A model generated the notes under the pieces. The model was not told the origin of the DNA and searched no databases. It was given only the letters and a program-made list of their open reading frames with translations. From Fistulifera solaris (taxonomy: Eukaryota): a DNA stretch of 64,000 bases. The translations under genes were made by a program, and so were the position numbers. The stretch spans positions 434,001-498,000 of the forward strand of contig AP026137.1 of the NCBI GenBank assembly GCA_030295235.1, read 5' to 3'. Positions 48,968-62,673 of this stretch are shown here, one piece after another; the stretch's first letter is position 1; every line of letters starts with the position of its first letter.

Positions 48968-50445
48968 TTAAGGAGCCGCCGCCTCGGTCTTTTCTTCGGC
49001 TAGTTTGACACTCTTGGGGTCCAAATCCGCACACGCTTCCGCACGCTTCTTGTTCCAGAAGGATGCTGGCAAGATTTTCTGCGGGTTGCACCGGCTCTTG
49101 TACTTCTTCACAACTTCCGTCACTTCATCGAACAAACCGGTGTCCAAGGTAATGGGGTCCAGACCGAGGTTGCAGAACTTTTTGTTGGACACGTCGAGCT
49201 CATTCTCATCGGCTTCCTGACGAGGATTCGGGATGTAGTTGACTTCCACTCCCGTCAATTTCGCGACCAAGTTGGCAATGTCCCGAACACGTCGTGTTTC
49301 GGCGACTTGATTGAAGATCTCTACGCGATCACCTGGCTTGGGGGGATTGTTGATGGCGAGTTCAATGCAGCGAGCCGTGTCAGAGATATGGATGAAAGCA
49401 CGAGTCTGACCTCCAGTACCGTAGACAGTAAGAGGAACGCCCATAGCACCTTGCATCAAGAAACGGTTCAACACAGTACCGTAGTCTCCATCGTAATCAA
49501 ATCGGTTAATTAAGCGTTCATCAAGAGCGGTCTGAGGAGTGTTCGTTCCCCAAACAATACCTTGATGCAAGTCTGTCACACGAAGTTGATCGTTCTTATT
49601 GTAAAACTGCCACAAGAGCGCATCCAAACACTTGGTAGCATGATAGACTGATCCGGGGTACGCCGGGTGCAGAATGTTGGATTCGCGTCCTCCCGGGAGA
49701 ATGACATCAATGTATCCTTCCGGAATTTCACCACCCGAAGTGCCGTAACCGTACACACCCATAGTACCCAAATGAACAATATGCGCATCGACCCCGCTGT
49801 CAATCACCGCACAGCACAAGTTGTTCGAACCACCGACGTTGTTGTCGACCGTGTAGCGCTTGGTTTTCGATGTCTTCATCGAGTAAGGAGCCGCACGTTG
49901 TTCCGCAAAATGAACAATCGAGTCGGGCTTTTCCTTCTCGATCAATTGAACGAGGAGATCGTACTCCTTGGCGACATCGAGATTGACGAAGCGAATATCT
50001 TTTCCGGTCACCTCTTTCCAAGCTTGGCAACGGACCTGCGGGGGGAGTACAAAAGAGGAACAGCGACGAGTGAGATAAGTTGAATTTCAAATATAAAAGC
50101 ATTTATCCGCTCTCATCCAGAAGCAAAGCAGATGAATGAAAAATACAGCTCGATGAGACTGACCTCCATGGGTTGAATTGGTGTCAAAGAGTCGCAACCC
50201 AACTCTAGATCGATATTTCTGCGAGACAAGTTGTCTACGACCACAACATCGTGCCCTTGATCGGAAAGGTACAAACTAGTGGGCCAGCCACAGAAACCAT
50301 CACCTCCGAGAACGAGAATTTTCTTGGGTGCGGCGGAGCCATTGGCTTCCGCAAACAATGCCGACGAGGAACGAGGTACACTCGTCTTAGGCACAGAAAA
50401 AGACACGACGGCCTGAAACAAACTAGTCCAGATAATGATCTTCAT
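48968..50445 (-). CDS. SQD1: UDP-sulfoquinovose synthase, plastid-targeted
   Basis: Bipartite presequence (VVS-FSVP), LVLGGDGFCGWPT, VHFAEQRAAPYSM, HLGTMGVYG, YHATK, DGDYGTVLNRF, GTGGQTRAFIHI. Intron 50163-50036. Confidence 0.97.
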
Positions 50446-51519
50446 TCTTATTCGTTTTGTTGAATACTGATAAAATAGCTCAATTCGGCAATCTTCAAAC
50501 GCAAAGTAGACACCAGCAAAGAGATGAAACTCTTGTCAGCGCGCGAGAGTGATGTGCATAAGCGGCGGCAAAAACGTCAAACGTCAAAGGCTCTCACTCG
50601 TCTGTGCGTGCATGCGACACTGAATCTTGATACCTTTCGTGTGTGTGGCTTGTGGCGCGGCTTTCGGCCGAGTGCGTAAGTAAGCGCGCGCCTCGCTTTT
50701 TCGAACTCTGTACGACATCATGTTTATCTAGAAATAACACCTACAAACCAGTGCGATAATAATCGATAACGGATGGGGAGGGAAACTAGATGGATAGCCA
50801 TCATTCGACCTGATAGCTTGGTGATTAACATGTGTCGTTGCCAAAATACATTGACAATCAGCATTGCTCGCCATACATCCTGAATTCTTTATTTCCGAAT
50901 TCACTATACATCATAAATAGAAACGGGACGTAATCGCGGCTGCACCCAGTCATGAATCATGAACAAACTGTTAATGCAGCTCCTTATGTTGGGCTGCCTG
51001 TACCTGGTAGCTTTCCAATTGACTTGATTTCAATTCAGTTATCTTTAGCGGCAATTTCAACGCACGCCTCCACTATTATTCTGGTATTCGTTGAAAATAT
51101 CGTTGTCTTTAATATTCACTATAGTCCAAAGTGCATATTACCTTTTCCAGGACTGAACTTCAGTCATGATGATGTATTCTCATCTTCCTTGATTCTCATA
51201 AATCAACCGAAAACGAGCCACACTATTATTCATTCGTTCCACTCTAGCTTGGTAAGCCATGACCGATTTCATCTTATGAATTTGTAGTTAACAACATTTC
51301 ATGGAACGCCTTCATCGTTTATAGTTCAAAATGAGCGGGCTTAACTATTTTCCAGTCACGAATGAATCATCGTGAGCAAATCAAGTGACTAGACTAAGGA
51401 ATGCCATAGTTGACCTCATCACAACACAAATATATTTTGCAGCATTTGTAATACATGACGACTTGATCGTTTATGTCTTAAATCCTTTAGAATGAAGTTG
51501 TATTTGAGGCTTTTAATTT

Positions 51520-52998
51520 TTACATCTTCTTGCCTTTGATACTAGACTTTTCGCTACCCTTGCCGCTGGAACTACTTTTCTTGCTTGCCTTGCCCTTGCC
51601 CTTGCCGCGGTGTTTTCTTCGTTTCCTTTTCCCTTTTCCCTTTTTAGATTCTTTCCCAGAGACAGATTCACGGTTGCTTCCCATTACTGGTTTGGATACT
51701 GTGTCTTTGTTCTTTCCAAACAAGGAACTGAATCCTTTCTCCTTTCCGTTGCTTAGTACAAACAAATCATTATGGGGGATAGTAATCAGCGGTCGGGGTG
51801 TAGGACGCTGCACGGGTGCGGTAGTGGCAGACAAGGGTGCTAGGGTTGGCGAAGAAGTTGTACTGTTGACCACAGTTGGTGCCGCCGTAGGTAAGGTTTC
51901 TGGCTCCACAGGACTATCGACGGGTGGTCTTTCAGGACAGTCGGGGGGAGGATTTTCTGAAAGTGAGCAAATTCCTTCGCGGATCCAATCTGCAAACGCG
52001 CTTAGGCGAGTGTAAACAGCGGGTCGATTCGGTTGACCGCATCCAATACCGTAGGACACCACACCGTACTGTTGTCCATCGAGACTCAACAACGGACCAC
52101 CCGAATCTCCGGCACAACTAATCGTTGAAAGTGAGTTTTAGCACTTGTATGAAAACTCTGCAATAGAACAGTATCAAGCCCTTGACATCTTACCTATCAC
52201 GACCTCCATCCAGATTGCCTGCACAAATTTGCGAGTCTGCGAAAATCGGTACCCCCAGCAAGGCATCACACGTTTCGAAATCAATAATGTTGATGTTGAC
52301 TTCTTGAAGCTCAATAGATACTGCAGCGTCCTCAGTTTCAGGTTCGGATGTATACCCAAATCCAATTACTGTCACTTCTTCGTCGTCTGTTGGTTCGACA
52401 GGATTAAGATTGAGAGTGACTAGAGACGAATTACTCGAGGATCGAAGCTTCAACAACATGATATCATTTTGTTCCGTTTGATTGGAGTACAGAGGGTGGG
52501 GGAGTGTTATTTCTACTGGTATTCTTTCCGCGCCGTCTCGTCCGAATATGTCGTTGGACCCAATTATTACATCTTCGACAAATGTATCAAAGCAGTGCGC
52601 CGCGGTGAGGACGATATCTTCATGAATAAGTGTTCCGCCGCAAAGGGCTGATCCTGTAGAGTGGACGTAAAAGGAAACGCTCCCTGGGGTGATGGTAATC
52701 CTCCGACAATTCTTGTTTTGATATCCTCCTCGAGAATGACGATCTTGTCCATCCCATCTGGTCGCGGCATGTACTCACGATGAGGATCATTTGCGGCAGA
52801 TTTGATAAGCTGATATTTTAGCTTTCGAAAGCTGTTAAAATCTCCTAAAGATATACCGGAATCAGTCGCGCTATTTTGACTACTCGACCGAGCATATGAC
52901 AAGCCACTAATTGCGCTGTAAGCTAACGATGCTAGGATCACGTATATGACGGCTCGCTTCTGCGTATCCTTTGCACTTGATAGAGCTGATGCATCCAT
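51520..52998 (-). CDS. Trypsin-like serine protease (S1A) with N-terminal anchor, PT linker and Lys-rich tail
   Basis: R-IVGG activation site, LTAAHC, DIMLLKL and [12 protein letters not shown] across intron 52193-52118, [15 protein letters not shown]. Frameshifts near 52670 and 52470. Confidence 0.9.
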
Positions 52999-53564
52999 TC
53001 TTCCAAAAACTGATATTTGAAAGCATTGCGAATTGTAGAAAGAGATAGACGATGAGAGTAAATGTTGATTTGGAGTGAGTTTTTGTTTTTGTTGTTCGAA
53101 TGGAATACGTACCGGCTTGCGCGGAAGAATTTGTGACATTAAGCAATGAGTACCGTACAGGAAAAAGTTATCTACTCTTTCGCTATTTGATATTTCAAAG
53201 CTTGTTTGAATATTACAGGAATCATTCTGTGTATAATATCTCATGTAGGAGAGTGATACACCAATTTGGCGGTGTGACAGTGACGCCGGATGTACTGTTC
53301 TAAAGGGGAGTCAATTTTTGGCCATCGTTTTCGTCTGAACAAGTCACGATTTTGTTGACGAAAAACATTTCATCACCAATGCCCGGGAATGAGCAAGTGT
53401 TGATTTTCAATGATTCACTCAATGCTATGTTTATCTAGAATATCGACAGGTAAAGCTATCAGGCGACAATTTATATTGCGTACTTTTGCGTCTTGAACGT
53501 GGAACGCAGGTAATTGAATTTCTCTGATACAACCAAAAATTAATGTTATTTTATTCAGCTACTA

Positions 53565-55960
53565 TTAGCAAATTACACAGGTATTTTGGCTCGATTGTGA
53601 GCCAACCTGTAAATGATCCTGACCGTTCAGATGTCTAGTCAGCCATGGGTGATGCATCGCTTGTTCGACGTTAACTCGCTCGTTCGGGTCTTTGTGCATC
53701 ATCTTCTTCACCAAGTCCTTGGCAAAGGTGAAACTTTTGACCAATCCTCATCAGGAAAATCTACCTCGGCAACTTTATTGGCCTCCACAAGTTCCGCATC
53801 GGTTTCTCCATAAAACGGTTCATATCCACAGAGCATAACGTATAGTGTCACGCCAGCGGAGAAGACGTCGATCTTGTTATCGTAGCCACCGTAGACACCA
53901 GCAGTGAATATTTCTGGAGCAACGTATCCGGGTGTACCGCACCGTCCTCTCACTTTACCGTCTACTCCAACGAATGTGGCCATTCCAAAATCCCCTACCT
54001 TTATAACAGTATCGGAACCGGAGCTCATGAGGAGATTGGCAGGCTTGATGTCGCGATGAGCAATCCCTGCTTTTTTCATAGCTTGCAGACTTTGTAGCAA
54101 GTCCTTTAGGATTCTAGCGGCGTCCTTCTCTTCCAAAGCACCCTTAGCTTGCGTGATATGATGAAATAGATCGCGTCCGTCTAAAAGCTCCAATTCCAAA
54201 ACAACGTGCTCAGACGTTTCAAAGAAGCCCAGTAATTTAACTAAGGAGGGCACAGTCGGACCGTACTTCACAGTCAATACGCTTTGCACTGATGCTTCTC
54301 TAACAACTGTATCTGCTCGCTCTCTGCCCTTCATGACATGTCTCCAAAACTCTTCCTTTTTGAAAACTTTTAGAGCTCTGTCGCAGTGCTGCGATGGAAT
54401 ACTCCCAATTTGCTTCTGTTTGCGACGCCCTTGGTACACCGAAGAGTACGCCCCAGTTCCCAGCGGCTTCTCTGCATTGAACTCATACATGAAATCAAGA
54501 TTGAGTAGACCAGCCCTGTTTATGCAAGATATCCATAGTTCCCTTTCTTCCGGTTTGGCTAAGCAGATAAGGAGAAGCCTCGCATCTGATTTCGCACAAG
54601 GGCTTCCATAGCATCGAACTTGAAGAGCGTTATCAAACAAAGGGTGCTGTTCTGCAACCGCGTACTGCAAGTGCATGTACCCTCGCGGTCTTGATCCCGA
54701 TGTGCGATCCTCTGTACTGCTGAATTCTAAAAGACAATTTTGATATAAAAGTAGCTCAGCGGAAGACCACTCCTCTGATGACATGTGATCGTTAACCTTG
54801 CTCATGTCACATATAAAACATGGCCCGAGCAATATCGTGTTGTATACGGCAGAGTCGTCGGTGGTAGCGTCTGAGAGATTAATGAGTTGATGTGCCCAAA
54901 GCGATACAGGAGAGTCCGCTACAATCGCCGGTCCCATGAGATATCTACGTGCATTTTGCCATGTTTCCACACCAAGAATAGGCTTCAGCACTCGACTTCC
55001 GGTAGCATTAGAAAAGTCTAAGTGATCCAAGCGATCCACTGAAGCCAATCTGTTCCCTGGCTGCAGTTTACGGGCAAAGAGCCCAGATGTAGCGAGAGCA
55101 CTTCGCTGACGATGAACCCAGGACGTCGACGGGTCGTCACCGAGGAAAGCTGAATTAGCATCACTGCCTGTCGCTGATGAGTTATGAAATTCCGTGAAAG
55201 CTTTTTTCATAGCAGATGCAGATCTACTGAAGGCTGCATTATTTTCTTCTCGGAATAAATCGGCGGTGAGTCCAGTCGACTCAGTGTAGCTAGAAGAGAT
55301 TTGTGTAATATCTTCTTCCTCTTTGCATGTTGCAGGTATCGCTCCACTAGTCTCTAAAGTCAAAGTTGTGGTGGGGCTAGGATTGTTCATTCGAAACGTG
55401 TCATTGACAGAACGCGAACGAGCAAGGCTCAAACTGTGAAGGGATGGAGGAGCATCCATGTCGTAGGGAATGGCGTGCCGACTACTCCCTGGGCTTTTTG
55501 GTGTCCCATGATGCCGAGCTCCATCGAGTTCATCTGTATGGGAAAATGACTTGGCCCGCCGATCATGGCCCTTCCGCATTGTTTTCTCGGATGAACGGAA
55601 CACATTGCCGAAGAAACCGCCTCCGCGAACAGAGTGCTCATCTGCCGTATAATCTCCCTTTTTAACAGCAGTTTGGGTAATTTTCGGTAAATCAGGTAAT
55701 GGTGTTCCTTTCTGAGAAACCGGTCCCTGTCCTTTTGCGCTCTTTTTCGCTAAGAAAGAACGGTACTGCCGCTCCCACGTTTTTCGAACGGGCGAATCCG
55801 GACTCGGAATGGGTAATCGCGGTGTATCATCTTCCTCTATGCTCAACATCGATTGCTTACGATTGACTTCAACACCAGTTCCGCTCGAGATGCTCCGATG
55901 TCGAAGACGGCGCCCTATCAGTGATTTATTGTTCGAATCTATCGAATTGGGTACGCTCAT
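53565..55960 (-). CDS. CAMK-group Ser/Thr kinase with PH-like domain and C-terminal CaaX
   Basis: LGTGAYSSVY, RALK, HRDIKPANLL, DFG, CGTPGYVAPE, DVFSAGV. PH-like segment ending EERELWISCI. Frameshift near 53720 restores AKDLVKKMM...HPWL...QNTCVIC*. Confidence 0.9.
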
Positions 55961-57576
55961 CGCTCTTGAAAGGTAAATCGACAATAAACAGCTCAATCAA
56001 ACTACTTTGTTTCTCAGATGCCACTAAAATTACTTCCGCTTAGCCAGCAGGTAGGCGCTATGTTTTCCGTGCGTTGTGTGAGAACTGCTACCAATTCAAA
56101 GATATTACTATTGACAATACATCTACCACCCATCTCATCCTGTGAATCGATGGCGTCGATGTCGATGGTCCATCAAAAAAAAACTTTGTTCTCCCTGTTG
56201 AAAGAAGTAAACAGTAAACCGGCATCGAGATTCATCGTAAATCTATACTCAGTTAACGTCCGGTACCCACAATATAGCATTATATGTAAAGGGTAGGCGG
56301 ACAAACGGAAGGATGGACTATGACGAACAATGTAGGATGAGAAATGGAACTCTAATCGAGACAAGGGGCAAATGTCCTCGCCTACTTTCTTCCTTCATCC
56401 TCCCTCCACCTCTCGGAAGTTCCGGGACTTTGAAAGAAGTTGGTGACAGGTTCTCTACCACGAACTTCAGGTGTTAGTCTTTGTTGTGCTAGACGTATGC
56501 AGACCGGAGACCGGATAGAGACAGGATACTAAGGGGCTTACCAGGTGCTCGTATTCCAATTCCAGGGGCTTGAGAGGTTAACCTACAAGCTTTTTCTATC
56601 AGCCAATCGTCGACCTTCTTTTTTTTGAAGCTGCGGCCAATTCTCCGTTCCTTAGTTCTCGGCGATTAGCACAAATAGTTATAATCTCAATTAAACCTTT
56701 TCATGATTATTCTGAGACAATGAGGTGATCTTACTTGGGCACAAAGACACTGTTTTACTCTTTGTCGCGGATTGACAATCGATGCGTGATGCGGACGCAC
56801 CTGACTCTAGCTAGAGAGACGCCGAAGGTCGAGCCAATCCCTACTTTGATCTTTCTAAGCCATCCCATTCTTTAATAATGATCTTTTATGTGCGATGAAA
56901 TACAATAGGATTTGTCTTCATTATTGGCGACAACAATTGACACGATGACATTCACTATCTTTCACTGGTTGAATTCTTGGTTGAATTAAAATGCCTAGAC
57001 GATAATTAACGCAGTCATGCATCGTGTGTCACGAGTCTCGCGCGAATAAAGTGGACCGTTACAGTTTAGAGCGAGAAAATGCGCGGTACAAAAAAGTCCG
57101 TTGGATAATCCGGTTAACGTGCCCAACCGAATACGTCACATCCATTACCGGTTGGTCTGTCCTTCCCCCAATCCAGTCCTTCCGTCATCCGGTTTTCGAC
57201 CAATCTTTTCACGCCGGGCAAGCAAAGAAAAAACTGTCGAAGATGTCCGTTGCGATCTAAGTAAATCATCTTACTTAGGCAAACAATCGTTTTTCGTTTG
57301 AAATTTTCCAACAGCCAGTTTTTGGGTGGAGAGTGGAGAGCGCAATCTTTCATTGCACAACCACACAAGCCAACAACGCATAACATCATGACCCATATTC
57401 CATTTACTCTCAATTATTTCAGCAGCAGGAGACTCGTTGCATTTGTTGTAAGTTATTCATCAATTGGTCAATATGATTATTATACCAATCTAACGCCTGT
57501 GTTTGCTGTTCATTTGAACACCGGCATGTGATCGTCTGGCTTTTATCGAGCTTTCAATGTGAAGGACGTCGAAGAC

Positions 57577-58420
57577 ATTCCCTCAATTTTTCAACGTCTA
57601 TTGCAATCAAACAGGTTCTCTCTAGGTTTTCAAGTGCCCTCAAGGTCATCTAGAACCCTCAAGAGTGTCATTTATACCTGCTCGTCGCATTACTCAGGCC
57701 AGTTACTGTTGTCGACAGCGCATCTCATTTTCAAATGAGATGGGTGGAAATGTCTACCACAATTAGCAGTACGTTGAGGCTCTGATAGTGTTGCGGGTGT
57801 TATTGTGGACACAAGAGAAGGCTCTCACGATTGCTTTGAAGACTATGCGGCTTTGGTATTCCTCTCTTCGTTGCTTGATCAAGTTGTTGTTGAAGACGAC
57901 GAACGGCATTCCCTCGACATTTCACCCGTCTTTTGCAATCATACAGGTTCTCTCAAGGTTTTCAAGTGCCCTCAAGGTCATCTAGAACCCTCAAGAGTGT
58001 CATTTATACCTGCTCGTCGCATTACTCAGGCCAGTTACTGTTGTCGTAGACAGCATCTCATTTTCAAATGAGATGGGTGGAAATGTCTACCACAATTAGC
58101 AGTACGTTGAGGCTCTGATAGTGTTGCGGGTGTTATTGTGGACACAAGAGAAGGCTCTCGATTGCTTTGAAGACTATGCGGCTTTGGTATTCCTCTCTTT
58201 CGTTGCTTGATCAAGTTGTTGTTGAAGACGACGAATGGCATTCCCTCGACATTTCACCGTCTATTTGCAATCATACAGGTTCGGGGAGTGTCTACCGCAA
58301 TTAGCAGTATGGGGAAGTGGCTTTAGTCACTTTGAGGCTCTGATTTTGTGGCGGGTGTATCCGTGGACACACTATCGCAGCTTTCGTTTTCCTCTGTTGA
58401 TTGATCGAGTTGTCGTTTAG
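57577..58420. repeat. About 330-bp tandem repeat (about 2.5 copies) inside the MULE
   Basis: CATTCCCTC...TGCAATCA.ACAGGTTC recurs at about 57577, 57907 and 58239. Units contain the hairpin CATCTCATTTTCAAATGAGATG. Confidence 0.85.
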
Positions 58421-58809
58421 TATCATGCACTGTCTTTTGATTGCATATGTTGAACCAGCATTGAATCTTCCAAAATTCGTGCTATCGTTGGGTCAGGTTG
58501 CAGGTTTCGTATGGTATCTTACCTGCAAGGTTTGCGTATCTCGTGTCGAATGATTCTCAGTTTCCAACTAGCTTTCCACTTTCGTGAGGAATTTCGAGCA
58601 TTGATCTCAAAATCCATGCTGTGGTTGTTTGACCAAGCTGTCGGGTTCCTACCCTTTTGAACGAGCAGCTCATGCGTTTTTCGTCCAGGTTTCTCTCTCA
58701 ATCGAGCTCCTTTGCCAATAAATTTGCTTCGATGATGGTAACTAAGTTCGATGTTACATTCTTTGTCACACCTCACGTTAACTGTTATAACATGTGATTA
58801 CATTAAACT

Positions 58810-61800
58810 TCAGAAAGAACTTCTTTTCCCATTATAGCGTCGGTCGAATTCATTTGGTTGCGTTGCCACAGCACTGGACACATATGTAGCCCCTGCAATG
58901 GATGGAGCACTTTCTGATGTCATGCGCTGGACATTCTTTCGTCGAATCAGCTTTTCAAGACATGCTTTTAACTCTATAACATCTTCTTGCGTAAAATTTT
59001 TGTCAAGAACGCGGCAACAATCTTTGTAACTAGCATTCGTAGCATTGAAAAACGAGTGAGCTTCATTTCCAAGGTTGGGAATATTGTCGTCATCATCAGC
59101 ATCGTCAGCAATGTTGCCAGCATCGTCATCCTCTTCATCCGAGGCTTGGGTTGCTTGTGTACATTCTCTTCGAAGTCCAAAGCTATCACAGTGGTAGTAG
59201 GCTTCAATCCATGCTCTGATATCTTCGCCGGATCTTACCACTATTGTCTCGCTCGGTACAGCGCATTGACTAGACGATCAACGACTGGTTTGTCTTGAAA
59301 CTTTGAAGGCACTGCTCTTGGGATGGTAAACATAAACTCAGAAAGCGTTCCAGGAAGCGCCGGTCCTCTTGCATCGCTGGTCTTGAGCTCCTCAAACAGG
59401 CGATGTAGCGATGGAAATTCAACTGGTCTTTCACCGTAGTAAGCATAGGATGAGTGCCAAAAGAGAGCAACATCGTTCTTCTCCGGGCCCTCGTAATTTG
59501 GAAATTCGTCTTTGAGAACTGCAAGTGCATGGCAGCATGGGAATCCAAGCCGTTCAAAGGCACAGCACGAACACAACAATCTTCCTTCTGATACAGTGAC
59601 ATGACGGACGTGTTCAAAAATTGGAATATAACCACTCATTGGAGAGTCATCTTCTTCATGCCCGATTTCGCTGCTTTTGCAATTGTCTTTCACAATAACC
59701 AGCCATTTCTCTGGTAATTCACGGAAGATGGAATAATTGAGCGATCGCTTCCATTGGTTTTCCACAAGAGCAAGGCATAGTTCCGTCACATTGTTTCTCA
59801 ACGGTAGCTGCGACCACAGAACCTCTTTTTTAATGTCATTTGCGGCCTTCTTTTTGATGGAACTACATTTAGCAAACAGTTGCGTGTTCATTGCACTTGC
59901 TGCTTGAGCTATGCTATGACTGGCAAGAACAGCAGCACCATGGCTCTTCAAACCATTGTTAGTTCCTTCGTGAGCTGTATTCATGTGGGAGTCAAAATGC
60001 CGACATCGCTTGCGAATGTAGTGCGCATAGTATGGCTGCAATGGCTCGACGTGCCCTCGAATCCAATGAATTACATCTCTGACTTGATTTTCTCCCTCCT
60101 TGAATATACTTTTCACACGTTCCAATGAAAGATATCTCAACAATAGAGCCTTTGACACCCTAAGCTCTTCCTCTGACTCACAAAATCCTGGTCTCATCCA
60201 GGAGTATACGAAAGCTTTCAAGGTCCTCTGGAATCTTTCGTACTTTTCTTCATTTCCGACAACAACGTCTGACTTTCCTGGACCGTGCCTCGAATACCCT
60301 TTGTGTACAATGTGCCACCCGCGAACGAACACGAAGCAAAGCGTTGGAAGTTCGTGGTGGTGCTGTCCTGTACAACCTGTTCCAACGTCCGCCGCATAAT
60401 TTCCACTTTTTCAAAAGTCTTCCGCATTTCTTCATGTCGCAGATCTTCGATTTCATCCCGCATGTTATCGACTTCAGTTGTCTCTTGCGAGTCACCATCC
60501 GTAATGATCAGATTGATCCTTTGGAGATATTCGCTGTAAGAGGGACGGAAGAACGTCCTGGAATACCCATCGAAAAGAACATGCTTTTTCATCGGGAAGT
60601 AGCACACTTAAAAACACGATTTGATTACCATGACTTTCTCTAATCGAAAATGTGAGGAGGGGTCTTTTCTCTCTGTTTGTGTCCTCTGTAACATCACAGT
60701 AAACAACTTCTGGATAAAGCTTGAATAGGGCGTAATGCATCGTTCACACTCCAAGCGATTGCAACAACCATCTTCTGCTCTGGTTTCAGTCCCAGAATTG
60801 ACCCACGTCTCTCAATGGCTTGTCTTCTCATTTCTGCACGCGCAGGGAGTCGCGAGTATTCTTATCAGCATAGATGTATGTATCATCGGGATCGAGGACA
60901 TCGGAAATCTCCGGCACTGTTTCAACCGCAACAGCAAACGATTGCAAAAAGCCATCTCGGATGTTTGTTTCTTGTGTCAACACCTCGTCTTCAAGAAGGG
61001 CTTGTTCCTGGACATGTGCGGGTATATTCCCAACGTCCTGCCTATTCTCGACATCCTGCCCATCAGGGCGACTCATCGACATCGTCCGGTTGTGAAATGT
61101 TAAGGATCTCATCATACAAAATAGCCCAGCTGTACTTGTCAGAACCTTTAAACTTAGATATCAAATCATCCATGCAGGTAACATTAGCGATACTGGTAGC
61201 ACCAGGATTCTTGGTGTTCTTTCTTGATATGTAGCGGAACTGACTTCTTTCAATGTAGTGCCCAAGTCTCTCTTTGACAATCATACATCCCGCACCATCA
61301 TTGACATTTGCTGCAGCAATTGAGGTCATGATTTCTTTTCATGTGGCTCAATTACACGGGAAGGGATTCTCATGTCTTCCACTCCCAGCCGAGGGTGATG
61401 TTCATGGCTGGCACAGCCAGTGCCAAGCATCACATAGTATCCGATGTCATCCCATTTAACCGTGAAAGCGATAACGACAAACAAGATTTAAATCGGTAGG
61501 TCGGTTAGTCCGAGAAACGCCCTGTCAAGCTTCAGTCCTGCATACGAGTTTTTCTTATTGTTATGCAGAGATGTGTTTCGATACTTTCTCTTGCGGTTTG
61601 GGTTGTTAGTTCCGTCTTTGCCATTCTCTCCAGGTTTATAAATACGGTGCCTAGGACACACAAAGACACGATCGTCAACTGGCCCTCTGGCTTTGTTACT
61701 GGTGCTTCCATTGGGCTTGATTTCGTGACCATTTTCAAAAGCTGCTCTGATGAGATCTGTTTGCAGCTGCTCCAGAACTTTGTCACCCTCGACAGAATCA

Positions 61801-62127
61801 TTTTTGCCGGTCTATTAGCTGGCGGAGGATAAACTTTTGGATCAAGTACAGTCTGCATGATCGGCTGTAATTCTCACCTATGAAAGCATTCAAGTCAAGT
61901 TCTTCAAAGCGATCAGGAACTTGCCCAGCACAAACAGTCAGCTGACACTTAAACGGAAGCTTTGGCGTCCAGCAGGCGTTTGCTCTCAAATCTTCAAGAA
62001 TAGAGGAAATATCCGCTTGGATCGACTCCGTCTCAATGTTGTTTGGATGGAAGGGCATGTTGCTGTTGTCAACTTGTTGCATACAATTGTTTTCATTATC
62101 CTGAATTGGCGTTGACCAGCCATACAA
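58810..62127 (-). CDS. MULE transposase with SWIM zinc finger (frameshifted; may be a pseudogene)
   Basis: YPEVVYCDVTEDTNREKRPL, LIITDGDSQE, C(G)WH, NTAHEGTNNGLK and SWIM CSCCAFERLGFPCCHALAV, spread over several frames. Confidence 0.85.
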
Positions 62128-62673
62128 GTACTAACCCCAGTGCGCACCGCCCAGCTCGTTCATTGGAAAAAAAACCGTTTGTGCGAGCAGGCCGGGTCGT
62201 TTTTTGAACTGGCCGGTTTTAAAAAAGAGGTTGGGAAAATGTTACACGTGGCATTATTAAGTCCCGCTTCGAAACCGGTCCGATGTTTGATATACGTCAT
62301 CATGACGTATTCGGTTGTGCACGTTAACCGGATTAGTTGTTTGTCCGTTTCTGTCTTGGCACTACACTGTACTATCGTAAAGTCTGTACTGTAGCACAAC
62401 ACTGCTTCTCGACCGGCACCCCAACATGCAAAAAAAGATGCGGAGAACCAGAACCAAACAGAGCGCTGTTTATGCGACCGCGCTCTTTGTTTTGCCTGCG
62501 CATCTTTTATTTTTGCTTTTGCTTATATGAAATCGGTAAAGAGCTACCCCGGAGTCCGGAGTACGCTTTTAAAAGATAAAATACAGCCTAGCGGAATACC
62601 CTGTTCAGAGTGTGGTCGAGGGGGCGAAGCAACTAGTAGCTAGGAGTATTAGATTATTTTTTTCCTCGCAATT

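Larger units (their letters stand above)
57106..62335. mobile_element. Mutator/MULE-superfamily DNA transposon (about 5.2 kb)
   Basis: 33-bp TIRs TAATCCGGTTAACGTGC(C/A)CAACCGAATACGTCA at 57106-57138 and 62303-62335, with an internal MULE transposase. Confidence 0.85.

Noticed and set aside
48968..50445. SQD1 as part of the array system
   Set aside because: A plastid sulfolipid enzyme; nothing but adjacency links it.
53565..55960. Kinase as a silaffin kinase of the array
   Set aside because: No signal peptide or TM segment; a cytosolic PH/CaaX architecture cannot reach luminal substrates.
57788..58776. A second MULE gene in the tandem-repeat region
   Set aside because: Only short ORFs, with frames inconsistent between repeat copies and no recognisable domain.
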